From: Planctomycetota bacterium
GTDB lineage: Bacteria > Planctomycetota > JAJSAM01 > JAJVHW01
DNA: 64,000 nucleotides
Assembly: GCA_965248445.1 (NCBI GenBank)
Contig: CBDFJG010000003.1
Span: forward strand, 1,728,001-1,792,000
Direction: 5' to 3'
Shown here: positions 40,508-51,472 of the stretch, in pieces
How the letters are laid out: each line of letters starts with the position of its first letter
Numbering within the stretch: the first letter of the stretch is position 1
Notes under the pieces: model-generated
Database searches by the model: none
Told to the model about the DNA's origin: nothing
Seen by the model: only the letters and a program-made list of their open reading frames with translations
Made by a program: the position numbers and the translations under genes

Positions 40508-43384
40508 CTAGTTCGACTCGAACAGCTGGACGAACGTCCCCCAGTTCTGCTGCGCCAAGCCGCGTAGGAGAGGCTCGTCCACACCGAGTGTGCCAAACGC
40601 GATCGTGTGGACGCGCGCACGGCTGTAACGGTTCATGCTGCCGAACCACGCGAGCATGGTGGCGGGATCGGTGATGTCGCCGACGGTGGGTGTACCGTCG
40701 GTCAGGAAGAAGATCGTGTCGGGCGTGTCTCCGAGCGCCGCGCTCTGCATCGGGTGGTCCTCGAGGTCGAGTGCCGCCGCGAGCGCGCCGTGGAAGTTCG
40801 TCTCGCCGGACGGGTGCTGACTCCGCGCGAAGGACGCTCCGGAGCGCTTGTTGCCCGCCGATGCGCGTACGAGTGTCCGGTTCCACGTCTGGACACGGCT
40901 GCCGAAGCTCAGGACGTTGAACCGTGCGGCCGTGTGCAGCTGCCCGATGCTGTGCTCGACCTCGCGGCGGCAGATCTCGTTGACCGTGACCGGCTCCTCG
41001 TCGTACTTGGCGTAGAGACGCCGGAGCGTTGTCTTGTTCGGCCGGAAGATGCGATCGGTGCTCTTGCTCGTGTCGATCACGAAAGCAACGCGCTGGCTGA
41101 ACACGTCCACGCCGTAGTACTCGGGCTGCTCGTCGACGTAACGGTTGGGACGCTCGAGGTCGGGCTTCTTGACGCCCGTCGTGAATCCGCCGCGCTCGCG
41201 GATGTGCTCGGCCTCTCGCTCCCACCAGCCCTTCCACGCGCCGGGACTGCCTCCGAACTCCTCGCCGGAGATCGACTCGAGCGCGATCACGATCGCGTCG
41301 CGCACTCGGCCCGCCTCCTTCTCGAGGCGGTCGATCAGCGGCTTCACCGCCTGTTCGTCGCCGATGACCGCGAGCGTCTGCGCGGCAGCGAGCCGGAGTT
41401 GCCAGGCGCCGTGCTCGAGGTTCCTTGCGATCGGGGGGATACCGATCGGGTTGACCTTCTCTCCATAGAGCGTGAGCGCGTCCATGGCGCCGATCCGCAC
41501 CTTTGCCGAGGGCTCGGAGAGCATGGCGCGGAGGCGTGCTTGCGCGTCGAAGTCCTGCAGCGTTGCACTGGCGATCGCGGCCTCCGCTCGGGCGAGCCAG
41601 AACGGATCTTCGTGCAGTGCACGCAGCCCCGGCTTGGCGGATCGCAGACGCAGCTCGCCGCAAACGCGCGCTGCGTACGCTCGGGCGACGCGCGCCGTGT
41701 GCGCGAGGCCTGCAGACGCGATCACTTCTCGCGCTGGGCCCTCCGCGGCGCGGCGGAGCATCTGCGCGGACGTCTCCCTGACGAGGTCACTCTGCGCGGT
41801 TCCGATGACGTCCAGCAGTTGCAGTGAGTGGTCCGCATCGGCGGGTGCGCCGAACCGGCGGATCTGCGCCGCGAGCTCATCGTGATCGAGCGTCCGATCG
41901 AGCTTCACGACCACTTCGTCGTTCTCGGCAGTCACGCGCTTGCCGTCCGGAGGACCGAAGCGGCGGCGCTTACCCAGCAGCCGCTCCACGAAGCGCTCGT
42001 GGAACTGCTCCGGTGTGACGCCGAGGTGCTTCTCGAACGACTCACGTTGGTCCTCTTCGCGGCGCAGCGCAGCGAGGAACGACCGGAACCCGTCCCGCCA
42101 CTCCTCCATGCCGAGGTGGAAGTAGCCCCACGCCTGGACGTGGTCGGGGTACTCGAGCCCGCTGAGCGACGTCTTCTCGATCAGCTCACTGATCGGGGCG
42201 AAGCCGTCCTTCTGCGCACGCTTGACGAGCGCCGGCCACCAGTCCTTGCCGCTGCCCGACAGCTTGTGGTCCTCGCCCGTGCAGTAGTAGACGTTGTCGC
42301 GCAGCTTCTCCGGACGCTTGCCGAACCACTGTCCTGCGCCGACGAACGCCCACCGTGGCGTGGAACGGTTGTCGCCCTGGCGCCGTAACCAGCACGTGAA
42401 GAGGATGTGGCCGAGCATGTGGCGCTGCGCCAGGTGCATCGCGTAGTCCTCGCCGCCTCCGTGGCGGGATGCGCCGGCATTCGGCTTCATGCGCTCGAGC
42501 GGCACGCAGAAACCGTTCAGGCAGAAGCCGTCCGAGATGGAGGACTCCGAGCGCGCGCCGTAGGACGAGTAGATCATGTGCGTACCCCGGGCGCGGAAGT
42601 ACGCCTCCTGCAGCGGCCGTGCAGTCGTCTCGCTCTTCGGAAAGAACATCCCCATCGGCCGCAACAGTTGAACGCGGCCGTCGAACTCCTCGCGGAACTC
42701 CTCGAACGCCTTCTCGGCGCGCTCGATCATCAGGTGCGCCCACTCGTGCGTCTGCATCCAGCGGGTGCCGCCGGAGTTCGTGCGCACCTTGATCTTGGGG
42801 ATGTCGGTCACCACGTAGAAGTAGCGCGAGTAGATGATCACCGGCGTCTTCTTGAACCACTGTTTCTCGACGGCGAGCCGTTCGGCCACTCCAGTGCGGG
42901 CGTCCTTGCGAAACGGGTCCTTGGCATGCGGATCCGTGCCGTCGCTCTTCGCGCAGTTCGGGCAGTTCGCGGCTCCCGGGAACGCGCAACACTTCGCGTT
43001 CTCTAGGCACTCGCTGCACGTCAACCGCCAACTGGCTGCGTGACGCTTCAGGAGACAGTCGAGGCGCGGCGCCGCCCAGCACAGCGGGTTCCAGCCCGGA
43101 ACCGGCCGAGTTCCGGCGTGCCGGCCGCGGGTCTCGCACTTGACGCAGGAGCACGGATCGTCAGCGGGAGCGGACGAGGAGTTGAGGTAGTGCCAGCACG
43201 CGCGGCGCTTCTCGCACTTGCAGAGAGGCGTCTTCTCCGAGGGCTCATCGTCGTCGGCGTGGACCGTCGGGGCGAACGCGAGCACCGCCGCGAGCAGCAG
43301 AAGCCCGCGCGCCTTCCTGCCCACCGAAGCCGTCCTGCCCACCGAAGGACTTCGGCGGCGAGGGAGCCTCGCCGGTGTTCTCAT
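40508..43384 (-). CDS. Exported multidomain protein: Cys-rich N-terminus, gluzincin-like middle, HEAT repeats, C-terminal VWA
   Basis: Signal-like LLLLAAVLAFAPTVHA; HEAT repeats (KVRIGAMDAL, WQLRLAAAQTL); VWA FVIDTSKS...GETN...FFLTDGTPT. Confidence 0.85.
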   Translation of the reverse strand: MRTPARLPRRRSPSVGRTASVGRKARGLLLLAAVLAFAPTVHADDDEPSEKTPLCKCEKRRACWHYLNSSSAPADDPCSCVKCETRGRHAGTRPVPGWNPLCWAAPRLDCLLKRHAASWRLTCSECLENAKCCAFPGAANCPNCAKSDGTDPHAKDPFRKDARTGVAERLAVEKQWFKKTPVIIYSRYFYVVTDIPKIKVRTNSGGTRWMQTHEWAHLMIERAEKAFEEFREEFDGRVQLLRPMGMFFPKSETTARPLQEAYFRARGTHMIYSSYGARSESSISDGFCLNGFCVPLERMKPNAGASRHGGGEDYAMHLAQRHMLGHILFTCWLRRQGDNRSTPRWAFVGAGQWFGKRPEKLRDNVYYCTGEDHKLSGSGKDWWPALVKRAQKDGFAPISELIEKTSLSGLEYPDHVQAWGYFHLGMEEWRDGFRSFLAALRREEDQRESFEKHLGVTPEQFHERFVERLLGKRRRFGPPDGKRVTAENDEVVVKLDRTLDHDELAAQIRRFGAPADADHSLQLLDVIGTAQSDLVRETSAQMLRRAAEGPAREVIASAGLAHTARVARAYAARVCGELRLRSAKPGLRALHEDPFWLARAEAAIASATLQDFDAQARLRAMLSEPSAKVRIGAMDALTLYGEKVNPIGIPPIARNLEHGAWQLRLAAAQTLAVIGDEQAVKPLIDRLEKEAGRVRDAIVIALESISGEEFGGSPGAWKGWWEREAEHIRERGGFTTGVKKPDLERPNRYVDEQPEYYGVDVFSQRVAFVIDTSKSTDRIFRPNKTTLRRLYAKYDEEPVTVNEICRREVEHSIGQLHTAARFNVLSFGSRVQTWNRTLVRASAGNKRSGASFARSQHPSGETNFHGALAAALDLEDHPMQSAALGDTPDTIFFLTDGTPTVGDITDPATMLAWFGSMNRYSRARVHTIAFGTLGVDEPLLRGLAQQNWGTFVQLFESN

Positions 43385-43478
43385 CGGTCCGTCGTGTCTC
43401 ACGATCCCTCGCCTGCCGCGCTGCGCCCCACGATCGTACGGCACGATGAGCGGTCGTGGTGATCGTCGCGGAACGCCG

Positions 43479-44156
43479 TCAGTTCGACGCCGTGCGCGGG
43501 CCGACGTGGCCCTCGAGCCACTGGCGCACCTCGCCAGGCTTGAAGCCGAAGGGCCCGTACCCGCCCTGGTAGGCGATGCGGCCGTCGGCGCCGACGACGT
43601 ACAGACGGTCCGGCCACGCCGCGTAGGCGGTGGCGACGGCGTCGTCGACGTCGTCAACGACGACCGGGAACGAGATGTCCATTGCGTCACCGCACTGGGA
43701 CGCCGCGCCCTGACGCTCCGTCAGCGTCGTTGGCTGCGAAATCGAGATGCCGGAGCCGGTGTTGTCCGGCGTGACCCACTCGTCCGAGGCGTGCGCTTCG
43801 CGGATGTAGACCATCAGGAACTCGGCACCGCCGCCGTACTCAGCGCGCATCAGTTCGAGGTCACCGACCCCGTTGCGAAACGGTCCTCAGGTGTACGACC
43901 CGAACACGAGCACCACGGGCTTGCCCCGCAGATCGGAGAGGGTGACCTCCGAACGCGCATCTTCCGTCCGCAGCGTGAAGTCCGGTGCCGCGTCTCCGAC
44001 GGCGACGTCGGTCTTTACGAAGTGAATGTGTGCGGGGTCGATCTGCGGCGGGATGTCCGGCGGTCCGTCCATGGTGCCTCCACGCGATGCGCAGGCGGCG
44101 AGCGCCAGCGCGAGGAACGGGAGCAGAGTGACAGGTCGGTGTGACCGTCGTCTCAA
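43479..44156 (-). CDS. Putative selenoprotein: iodothyronine deiodinase-like / redoxin-fold lipoprotein, TGA at 43887-43889 read as Sec
   Basis: TTG start after GGAGG; lipobox LAAC; APDFTL...KPVVLVFGSYT-U-GPF...VYIREAHASDEW...YAAWPDRLY...GPFGF, the deiodinase family signature; the two track ORFs are in frame. Confidence 0.9.
43856..43872 (-). promoter_or_regulatory. Bacterial SECIS-like hairpin
   Basis: CGGGGUC-GGU-GACCUCG starts 14 nt after the UGA. Confidence 0.78.
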
Positions 44157-44314
44157 GGCCGCCTCCGTGTTGGGATGGCCAGCAGCATAGCCGAGTCCGC
44201 AGCCGCCGAAGAGCGGTGCCTTTCCCCGGCGATCTGGGCGTAGGATGCCGCGCTCGCAGTCCAGACGGGTCGCCGGTGGGCCCGACCAGTGCCGCGCACG
44301 CGGAGGGAGAGCTG

Positions 44315-45565
44315 ATGTCCCACACGAATCCGTTCGAGATGGCACAGGCGCAGTTCGACGAGGCGGCTGAGCACCTCGAGTTGGAAGATGCAATGCGCCA
44401 GTTCCTGCGCTGGCCCCAGCGTGAACTGCAAGTTCGCCTTCCCGTGCGCATGGACGACGGTTCTCTGCGCGTGTTCACGGGATATCGCGTGCAGTACAAC
44501 TCCGCGCGCGGGCCGACCAAGGGCGGACTGCGGTGGCACCCCGACGAGACCATCGACACGGTCCGCGCTCTCGCGGCGTGGATGACATGGAAGACGTCGG
44601 TCGTGAACATCCCGCTCGGCGGCGCCAAGGGCGGCATCACGTGCAACCCCAAGGAACTGTCGAACAGTGAGCAAGAGCGCCTGGCGCGCGCCTATATCCG
44701 CGCAGTGGGCGGGATCCTGGGCGTCACGAAGGACGTACCGGCGCCGGACGTCTACACGAACCCGCAGATCATGGCGTGGATGATGGACGAGTTCGAGGCC
44801 ATCACCGGCAGCTCGCACCCCGGTGTGATCACCGGCAAGCCGCTCCACCTAGGTGGATCGCAGGGCCGCGAGGACGCGACCGCCCGTGGCGGCGTGTTCT
44901 GCGTGCGCGAGGCGGGCAAGATCCTCAAGACCGACTGGGAGAACGCGACCTACGCGATTCAGGGATTTGGGAACGCAGGCCAATTCGCCGCGTCACTGCA
45001 CCGCGAGATCCTCGGCAGGTCCAAGCTGGTGGCGGCGAGCGACAGTCGCGGCGGCGTGCATTGCTCCGCGGGCATGGACCCCCAGGCGCTGATCGCGCAC
45101 AAACGCAACACGGGCCGTGTCGAGGGGTTCCCCGGATCCGAGCCGATCACGAACGAGGAGTTGCTCGAGTTGGATGTCGACGTGCTCTACCCGTCGGCGC
45201 TCGAGAACGTCATCACGGGAGAGAACGCCGAGCTCATCCGCGCCACCATCGTGTGCGAACTCGCCAACGGGCCGACAACGCCCGAGGCGGACAACATCCT
45301 GTACGAGAAGCGGGTCCACGTGCTCCCGGACTTCATGGCGAACGCCGGCGGCGTCACCGTGAGCTACTTCGAGCAGGTGCAGAACACATACAACTACTAC
45401 TGGACGAAGGACATGATCCACGACCGCCTGGACGAGACCATGACCCGTGCCTTCCACTCGGTGCGCAACATGATGAAAGAGCGGCGCGTGCACGGCCGGC
45501 TAGCCGCGTACTGCGTCGGCGTCCAGCGCGTCGCAGACGCGGTGAAGGGAAGAGGGTGGGTCTAA
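44315..45565 (+). CDS. gdhA: Glutamate dehydrogenase (Glu/Leu/Phe/Val dehydrogenase family)
   Basis: RGPTKGGLR, GGAKGG, DVPAPDV, ITGKP..GGS.GR, QGFGNAG, ELANGP, PDFMANAGGVTVSYFE. Confidence 0.92.
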   Translation: MSHTNPFEMAQAQFDEAAEHLELEDAMRQFLRWPQRELQVRLPVRMDDGSLRVFTGYRVQYNSARGPTKGGLRWHPDETIDTVRALAAWMTWKTSVVNIPLGGAKGGITCNPKELSNSEQERLARAYIRAVGGILGVTKDVPAPDVYTNPQIMAWMMDEFEAITGSSHPGVITGKPLHLGGSQGREDATARGGVFCVREAGKILKTDWENATYAIQGFGNAGQFAASLHREILGRSKLVAASDSRGGVHCSAGMDPQALIAHKRNTGRVEGFPGSEPITNEELLELDVDVLYPSALENVITGENAELIRATIVCELANGPTTPEADNILYEKRVHVLPDFMANAGGVTVSYFEQVQNTYNYYWTKDMIHDRLDETMTRAFHSVRNMMKERRVHGRLAAYCVGVQRVADAVKGRGWV

Positions 45566-45589
45566 GGGCCTGACAGCGCGACGGGTCGG

Positions 45590-46609
<1,020 letters not shown>

Positions 46610-46686
46610 GGCGTCAGGGTAAGCGGGCGCCCGTCCACGGCCTCGGGACGCCGGATGGGATACCGTGCTTGCACCGGGAGGGGAGA

Positions 46687-47088
46687 GTGAACGACAGGTC
46701 GTCCGCCGTGTTCGAACTCGACGTACTGGGCGGCGAGTACGCCGTGTGCCGGTTCGAGGCGGACACGCCCTCAGCGCGTCTCCCGGCTCCGGGCGCGGAT
46801 CTGCTCTGCTGCGTCCGCACGCGTGACGAGGTGTCGGTGGCGCTCCCCGCCGCGGAGGTGAGACCCGGCTGGACGGCAAACGGGGGATGGCGGGCGCTGC
46901 GGGTCCGCGGGCCGCTCGACTTCGCTCTCACGGGCGTGCTGGCGTCACTGCTCGTGCCGCTCGCCGATGCGGGTGTCTCCGTGTTGGTCCTGTCGACGTA
47001 CGACACGGACTGGGTGCTCGTGGGCGGGGAGACGCTACCCGCGGCCGTCGGCGCGCTGCGCGCCGCCGGCCACACGGTTCACCACTGA
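46687..47088 (+). CDS. ACT domain protein
   Basis: RTRDEVSV...GWRALRVRGPLDFALTGVLA...STYDTDWVLV. Confidence 0.88.
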   Translation: MNDRSSAVFELDVLGGEYAVCRFEADTPSARLPAPGADLLCCVRTRDEVSVALPAAEVRPGWTANGGWRALRVRGPLDFALTGVLASLLVPLADAGVSVLVLSTYDTDWVLVGGETLPAAVGALRAAGHTVHH

Positions 47089-48455
47089 CCGACGAGAGCC
47101 GCGGCCCTGCGGGCCGTGTTGCGCACCACCTCAGAGAGCGATGGGTGGATGTGGATGATGTCCGTCAGCGAGTCGATTCGGTTGCGCCACTTCATCACGG
47201 GGATCACCTCGTGGATGAGCACCGACGCGTGCTCTCCGACGACGTGGAATCCCAGGATCTCGCCGCTCGGCGCGACGAGGAACTTGCAGAGGCCGTGCTC
47301 CTCCTTGATCGCGCGGCCCTTGGCGGCCGTCGTGTAGGGCAACGCCGCGGCGTGGTACTCGGTCCCGGCGGCACGGAGCTCTTGCTCCGTCGCACCGACG
47401 CCGGCGATCTCCGGCGACGAGAACACCGCATGCGGCATGGGGCCGTAGTCCAGGTCGCCGCCTTGCGCCCGTAGCAGGAACTTCTCGAGGTGCTGTGCCT
47501 CGAGCGCGGCGGAGTGCGTGAACTGGTGGCCGCCGATGACGTCGCCGATGGCGTACACGCCCTCTGCAGACGTGACGAAGGCGGCGCTGGTGCGGATGAA
47601 ACCCGCCTCGTCGGTGTCGACTCCTGCCGCCTCGAGCCCGATGTCACCGGTGTTCGGCACGCGGCCGACGGCCATCAGCAGCGCCTCGCAGCTGAGTTCG
47701 CGGGTGCTACCGCCGGCCTCTTCGATGCGCACACTGAACTGCGAGCCGTCGTGGGAGACGGACGAGACGTTGCACGAGAGGATCGTGTTCACGCGCGCCG
47801 TGAACCCCTCTTTGAAGACAGCCCGAATCTGCTCGTCCTCTCGAGCGAGCAGTGTGTCGGTCCGATTCAGCACGGTGGTCTCGACTCCCACGCCGTCGAA
47901 AAAGTGCGCGAGTTCGCAGCCGATGTACCCGCCGCCCACGATGACGATCGAGCGGGGCAGGTCCTCCATCTCGAACACGTCGCGGCTTGTCCAGTAGGGC
48001 GTGCCCGCGAGGCCGGGTGCGTCCACCAGTCGCGGTCGCCCGCCGGTGGCGATCACGACCCGTTCGCCACGCATCTGGACGCCATCGGCCTCGAGCGTCC
48101 GTTCACCCACGAAGCGGCCGCGGGCGCGATAAAGATCCACGTTCTCGTTCAGCGCGCCTGCGATCTTCCCGTCCGTCTTGCGCGTGGCACCGAACGTCTC
48201 CGCGAGCAGCGCGCGGCCGTCGATGGGGCCGAGCTCGGCCGAGATGTGAAACCTCCCGGCGTCCCGCACTGCATTCGCGCGGTCCGCATAGCCGATGAGC
48301 AGCTTCGACGGGATGCACCCGCGATTCGGGCAGGTGCCGCCGAGAGGTCCCTCCTCGATCACCGCGGTGCGTAGCCCTTGCTTGCCGGCTGCGATCGCGA
48401 TCGTCACCGAATTGCCGCCGCCCAGGATGACGAGGTCGTACTGCTTGGGGGTCAT
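47079..48455 (-). CDS. Class-I pyridine nucleotide-disulfide oxidoreductase (dihydrolipoamide dehydrogenase / mycothione reductase-like)
   Basis: GGTCPNRGCIPSK, IVGGGYIGCE, GRVPN, AIGDV, C-terminal HPSLSE. Confidence 0.9.
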   Translation of the reverse strand: MTPKQYDLVILGGGNSVTIAIAAGKQGLRTAVIEEGPLGGTCPNRGCIPSKLLIGYADRANAVRDAGRFHISAELGPIDGRALLAETFGATRKTDGKIAGALNENVDLYRARGRFVGERTLEADGVQMRGERVVIATGGRPRLVDAPGLAGTPYWTSRDVFEMEDLPRSIVIVGGGYIGCELAHFFDGVGVETTVLNRTDTLLAREDEQIRAVFKEGFTARVNTILSCNVSSVSHDGSQFSVRIEEAGGSTRELSCEALLMAVGRVPNTGDIGLEAAGVDTDEAGFIRTSAAFVTSAEGVYAIGDVIGGHQFTHSAALEAQHLEKFLLRAQGGDLDYGPMPHAVFSSPEIAGVGATEQELRAAGTEYHAAALPYTTAAKGRAIKEEHGLCKFLVAPSGEILGFHVVGEHASVLIHEVIPVMKWRNRIDSLTDIIHIHPSLSEVVRNTARRAAALVGQW

Positions 48456-48480
48456 GGCGTCTCGTCTACCGGCCGTACGA

Positions 48481-49827
48481 CTACTTGTCGAGCTTGACGG
48501 TGACCTTCAGCTTCTTGCTGCCGCGGTAGAAGCGCAGCGTGATCTTCTTCTTCGCGCGCTGCATGGCTTCTTCGACGGCGCCGACCGGGTCTCCTTCGGG
48601 GAGCGCGCGGCCGCCGCAACTGACGATGAAGTCGCCGGCCCTGAGCTTGGCGTCCTCGGCGGCGCTGTCCTCCATCACGCGCTGAACGAGCGCGGCACCC
48701 TCGCCGTCACCCAGCTTGACGCGCTTGGGCAGCGACTCCTTGGGGACGAGGTCGAGGATCGCGCCCAGCGGTCCGGCCGACGCGTTCGGGTCCATCTTGA
48801 CGAAGCGCGGCCGCGCGGCGCGGGAGGCGATCTCCCAGGCCGTCACGTAGGCGTGCAGCGCGGCCCGCGAGACCTTGCCGGTGTTGATGCGCTTCGCCTC
48901 GTCGGACGTCGCGTGGTAGTCGCTGTGCAGGCCACTCGTCCAGAACAGGCAGGGGACGTTCTTCTCGTAGAAGTTCACCTGGTCGCTGCGCAGGAAGATG
49001 GAGCCCGTCTTCGCGATGAACTTGAACTTGCTGATCTTCGCGGCCTTGGCGTGCGCGGAGTCGAGGTCCGGCGACGACGCGTTCCCGTAGACGTGCATCT
49101 CCTTCGAGTCGTTGCGCCCGACCATGTCGATGTTCAGGTCGCAGACGACGTCCTTGAAGGGCACCGTGGGGTTGTTGCACCAGTACTTGCTGCCCAGCAG
49201 CCCGCGCTCTTCGGCAGTGCACCAGATGAACAGGATGCTGCGGCGCGGGCGGGGCGCGTCCTCTTCGGCGAACGCCCGGGCGGTCTGCAAGAGTGCGGAC
49301 GTGCCGCTTCCGTTGTCGTCGGCGCCGAAGTAGTACTTCCGCTTGCTCTTGCGGCCCACGTGGTCGTAGTGCGCCGTCAGGACGACGTACTCGTTCTTCA
49401 GCGTCTCGTCGCTCCCGCGGACGACCGCGCACACGTTGAACGTGGGGGACTCACCACCGGTGGGGTTCATCGACTGACCCTGGCCTCCGAACGGCATCAT
49501 CGTGACGTTGAACGTCTGCTTGTAGGTGCCGTTCTCGCCGGCCGGCTCGAGACCCCACTCCTTGACGTGCTCGATGATGTACTCGCCCGCGAGGTCGCAG
49601 CCCTCGGTGCCCGACGCCCGCCCGGCCATCTTCTTGCTCGCCAGCTTGTAGACGTGGCTCTTGACCTCGGCGCCCTTGAACGACTTGACGACGTCCTTCG
49701 GCGGCTCGGCCACTTCCGCGGCGGTGGGGGCGTCCGTCGTCGTCCCGCTTCCGTCCTGCCCGCGGGCCGGACCGACGCTGACCGCCAGCAAGACGATGAG
49801 GGCACTGGCGGGGAGGAGGGTGCGCAT
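48481..49827 (-). CDS. M28 family peptidase with C-terminal PDZ domain
   Basis: Signal peptide; AHYDH, GADDNGSG, AEERGLLGS, NIDMVG, RSDQ, DYH; PDZ-like GAALVQRVMEDSAAEDAKLRAGD. Confidence 0.9.
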   Translation of the reverse strand: MRTLLPASALIVLLAVSVGPARGQDGSGTTTDAPTAAEVAEPPKDVVKSFKGAEVKSHVYKLASKKMAGRASGTEGCDLAGEYIIEHVKEWGLEPAGENGTYKQTFNVTMMPFGGQGQSMNPTGGESPTFNVCAVVRGSDETLKNEYVVLTAHYDHVGRKSKRKYYFGADDNGSGTSALLQTARAFAEEDAPRPRRSILFIWCTAEERGLLGSKYWCNNPTVPFKDVVCDLNIDMVGRNDSKEMHVYGNASSPDLDSAHAKAAKISKFKFIAKTGSIFLRSDQVNFYEKNVPCLFWTSGLHSDYHATSDEAKRINTGKVSRAALHAYVTAWEIASRAARPRFVKMDPNASAGPLGAILDLVPKESLPKRVKLGDGEGAALVQRVMEDSAAEDAKLRAGDFIVSCGGRALPEGDPVGAVEEAMQRAKKKITLRFYRGSKKLKVTVKLDK

Positions 49828-49890
49828 GGACGGTCGGATTGTACGCGCCGCCGCGGAGAGCCCGCGAAGCCGCTCCGGTACGATGTCGGT

Positions 49891-51348
49891 ATGGACGCTG
49901 CCCGCAGGCGGGGAATCAAGCGAGCGCTCGCCGCTCTCGCACTTCTGCTCCTCCTCGGCCTCCTGGCCTGGCTGGTGCGCGTGGTCTGGTGGCAGGCGGG
50001 CGAGGCGGACCCGGAGCGGCCCCGCGACTTCGACGGACCCGTCGAGACGACCGGAGACCACGCCGACGGGCCTGGTGACGCGGACCCGAAGACGCGCCGC
50101 CACGTCCGCGTCCCGGCACCTCCGCAGACTCCGGAGGCGTCCACCGCCGACTCGTCCCAGCAAGCCGGCACGCCACCCACTGTCACGAACCGGAACCCCC
50201 CGGACTCAGCGACGGCTGCCACGAAGGGAACGTCCAAGCGCGATTCTCGCGACCCGCGGCGACTCGAGGTGCGGCCGCCCGACCTGCCTTACCGCTCCGG
50301 ATTCGGCATGCACGTGGCGATCGACGGAGGCGTGGCCGCGGTGTCCGCGCCGCTCTCCGACGAGAAGGCCGGCCGCGGCCGGGTCTTCGTCTACGAGGAG
50401 AAAAACGACACGTGGATCAACACCGCATCGCTGCGTTCCGCGCGCAGCGATGAGACTCTCGTGTTCGGCTCCGCCATCGATGTGTCGAGCGGTCGCGTGG
50501 CAGTCCTGGACCGCGCGGCAGAGGGCGACCTCCGCTGGGTGGTGCGGCTCTTCGAGAATGACGGGGTTGCGTGGCGTGAAGCGCACGAGATTCCCCTGCC
50601 GAAACAGCCCGAGGTCGCTCTCTCGCTGGCCCTCGACGGGGACGTCTTGGTCGTCGGCACGTTGACGCGGTCGCACGTGTTCCGCCAGGCGGCCGACGGA
50701 TGGCACCACGCGCAGGCTCTGTCCACGCGGAACGGGCGGCCGTTCGAGGGCGGCGCACGGGTGGCCGTCAGCGGAGACCTCATCGCATCGGCCACGACGG
50801 AGAAGGGCGACGGCATCCACCTCTTTCGCCGCGACGGGGATGCGTGGCTCTTCGAGGCCGAGGCGCGCCCGGCGAAGTGGAAGTTCAAGCAGTTCGGGGA
50901 GTCCCTTGCCGTGGGCGACGGGTTGCTCGTCGCCGCGGACGAGGATCTCCGCCAGGGCATCGCCGTGATGGCCCGGGGATCGGGCGGCTGGGACAGCGAG
51001 TGGCGCATGGGCCTCAGCAGCGGATGGAAAGGGCGGCGGTCCGGCCGGGCCGGCAATGGACTGGCGTTCGACGGCGACCGCATCGCCGCGGCCATGCTGC
51101 GCAAGAGAACGGGGCTGCTCGTGGCCCGACGGGACGCCAAGGGCGCATGGCAAGTGGGTGGGGTACCGCTCGAGGAGCCCCGTAACGAGATCCTCCGGGG
51201 GGCGACCGTTGCCATCAGCGGCGACACGCTTCTGGTCGGCCTCGCCAACCACAAGCGGGGCGTCGCGCACTTCATCACGCTCGACCCCGACTTCCCCGTG
51301 CCCGTGTCCGAGCCCGAAGACGAGAAGCGCTCCGCCAGCTCGAACTGA
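49891..51348 (+). CDS. Membrane-anchored FG-GAP/beta-propeller repeat protein
   Basis: N-terminal TM, Pro/Thr-rich linker, repeats FGMHVAIDG..AVSAP, FGSAIDVS, FGESLAVGD, GATVAISGDTLLVG. Confidence 0.8.
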   Translation: MDAARRRGIKRALAALALLLLLGLLAWLVRVVWWQAGEADPERPRDFDGPVETTGDHADGPGDADPKTRRHVRVPAPPQTPEASTADSSQQAGTPPTVTNRNPPDSATAATKGTSKRDSRDPRRLEVRPPDLPYRSGFGMHVAIDGGVAAVSAPLSDEKAGRGRVFVYEEKNDTWINTASLRSARSDETLVFGSAIDVSSGRVAVLDRAAEGDLRWVVRLFENDGVAWREAHEIPLPKQPEVALSLALDGDVLVVGTLTRSHVFRQAADGWHHAQALSTRNGRPFEGGARVAVSGDLIASATTEKGDGIHLFRRDGDAWLFEAEARPAKWKFKQFGESLAVGDGLLVAADEDLRQGIAVMARGSGGWDSEWRMGLSSGWKGRRSGRAGNGLAFDGDRIAAAMLRKRTGLLVARRDAKGAWQVGGVPLEEPRNEILRGATVAISGDTLLVGLANHKRGVAHFITLDPDFPVPVSEPEDEKRSASSN

Positions 51349-51472
51349 CGATTGTCAGATTCGCGCGACACCGCCTGCCATCGTTCACGGCGGTCCGGGG
51401 GGAGCGCTAGCCTTGCCGCTCCCACGGCCCACGGGCAGGTGCCGAGGGCGGGCTCTTCCGGGAGAGCGCAGC

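Noticed and set aside
44157..44314. Riboswitch or ncRNA in the divergent gap between the selenoprotein gene and gdhA
   Set aside because: No recognisable conserved aptamer motifs by eye; an Rfam search would be needed.
48295..49890. N-terminal half of the 1017-aa ORF 48295..51348
   Set aside because: Overlaps the M28 peptidase on the opposite strand; the credible gene starts at ATG 49891.
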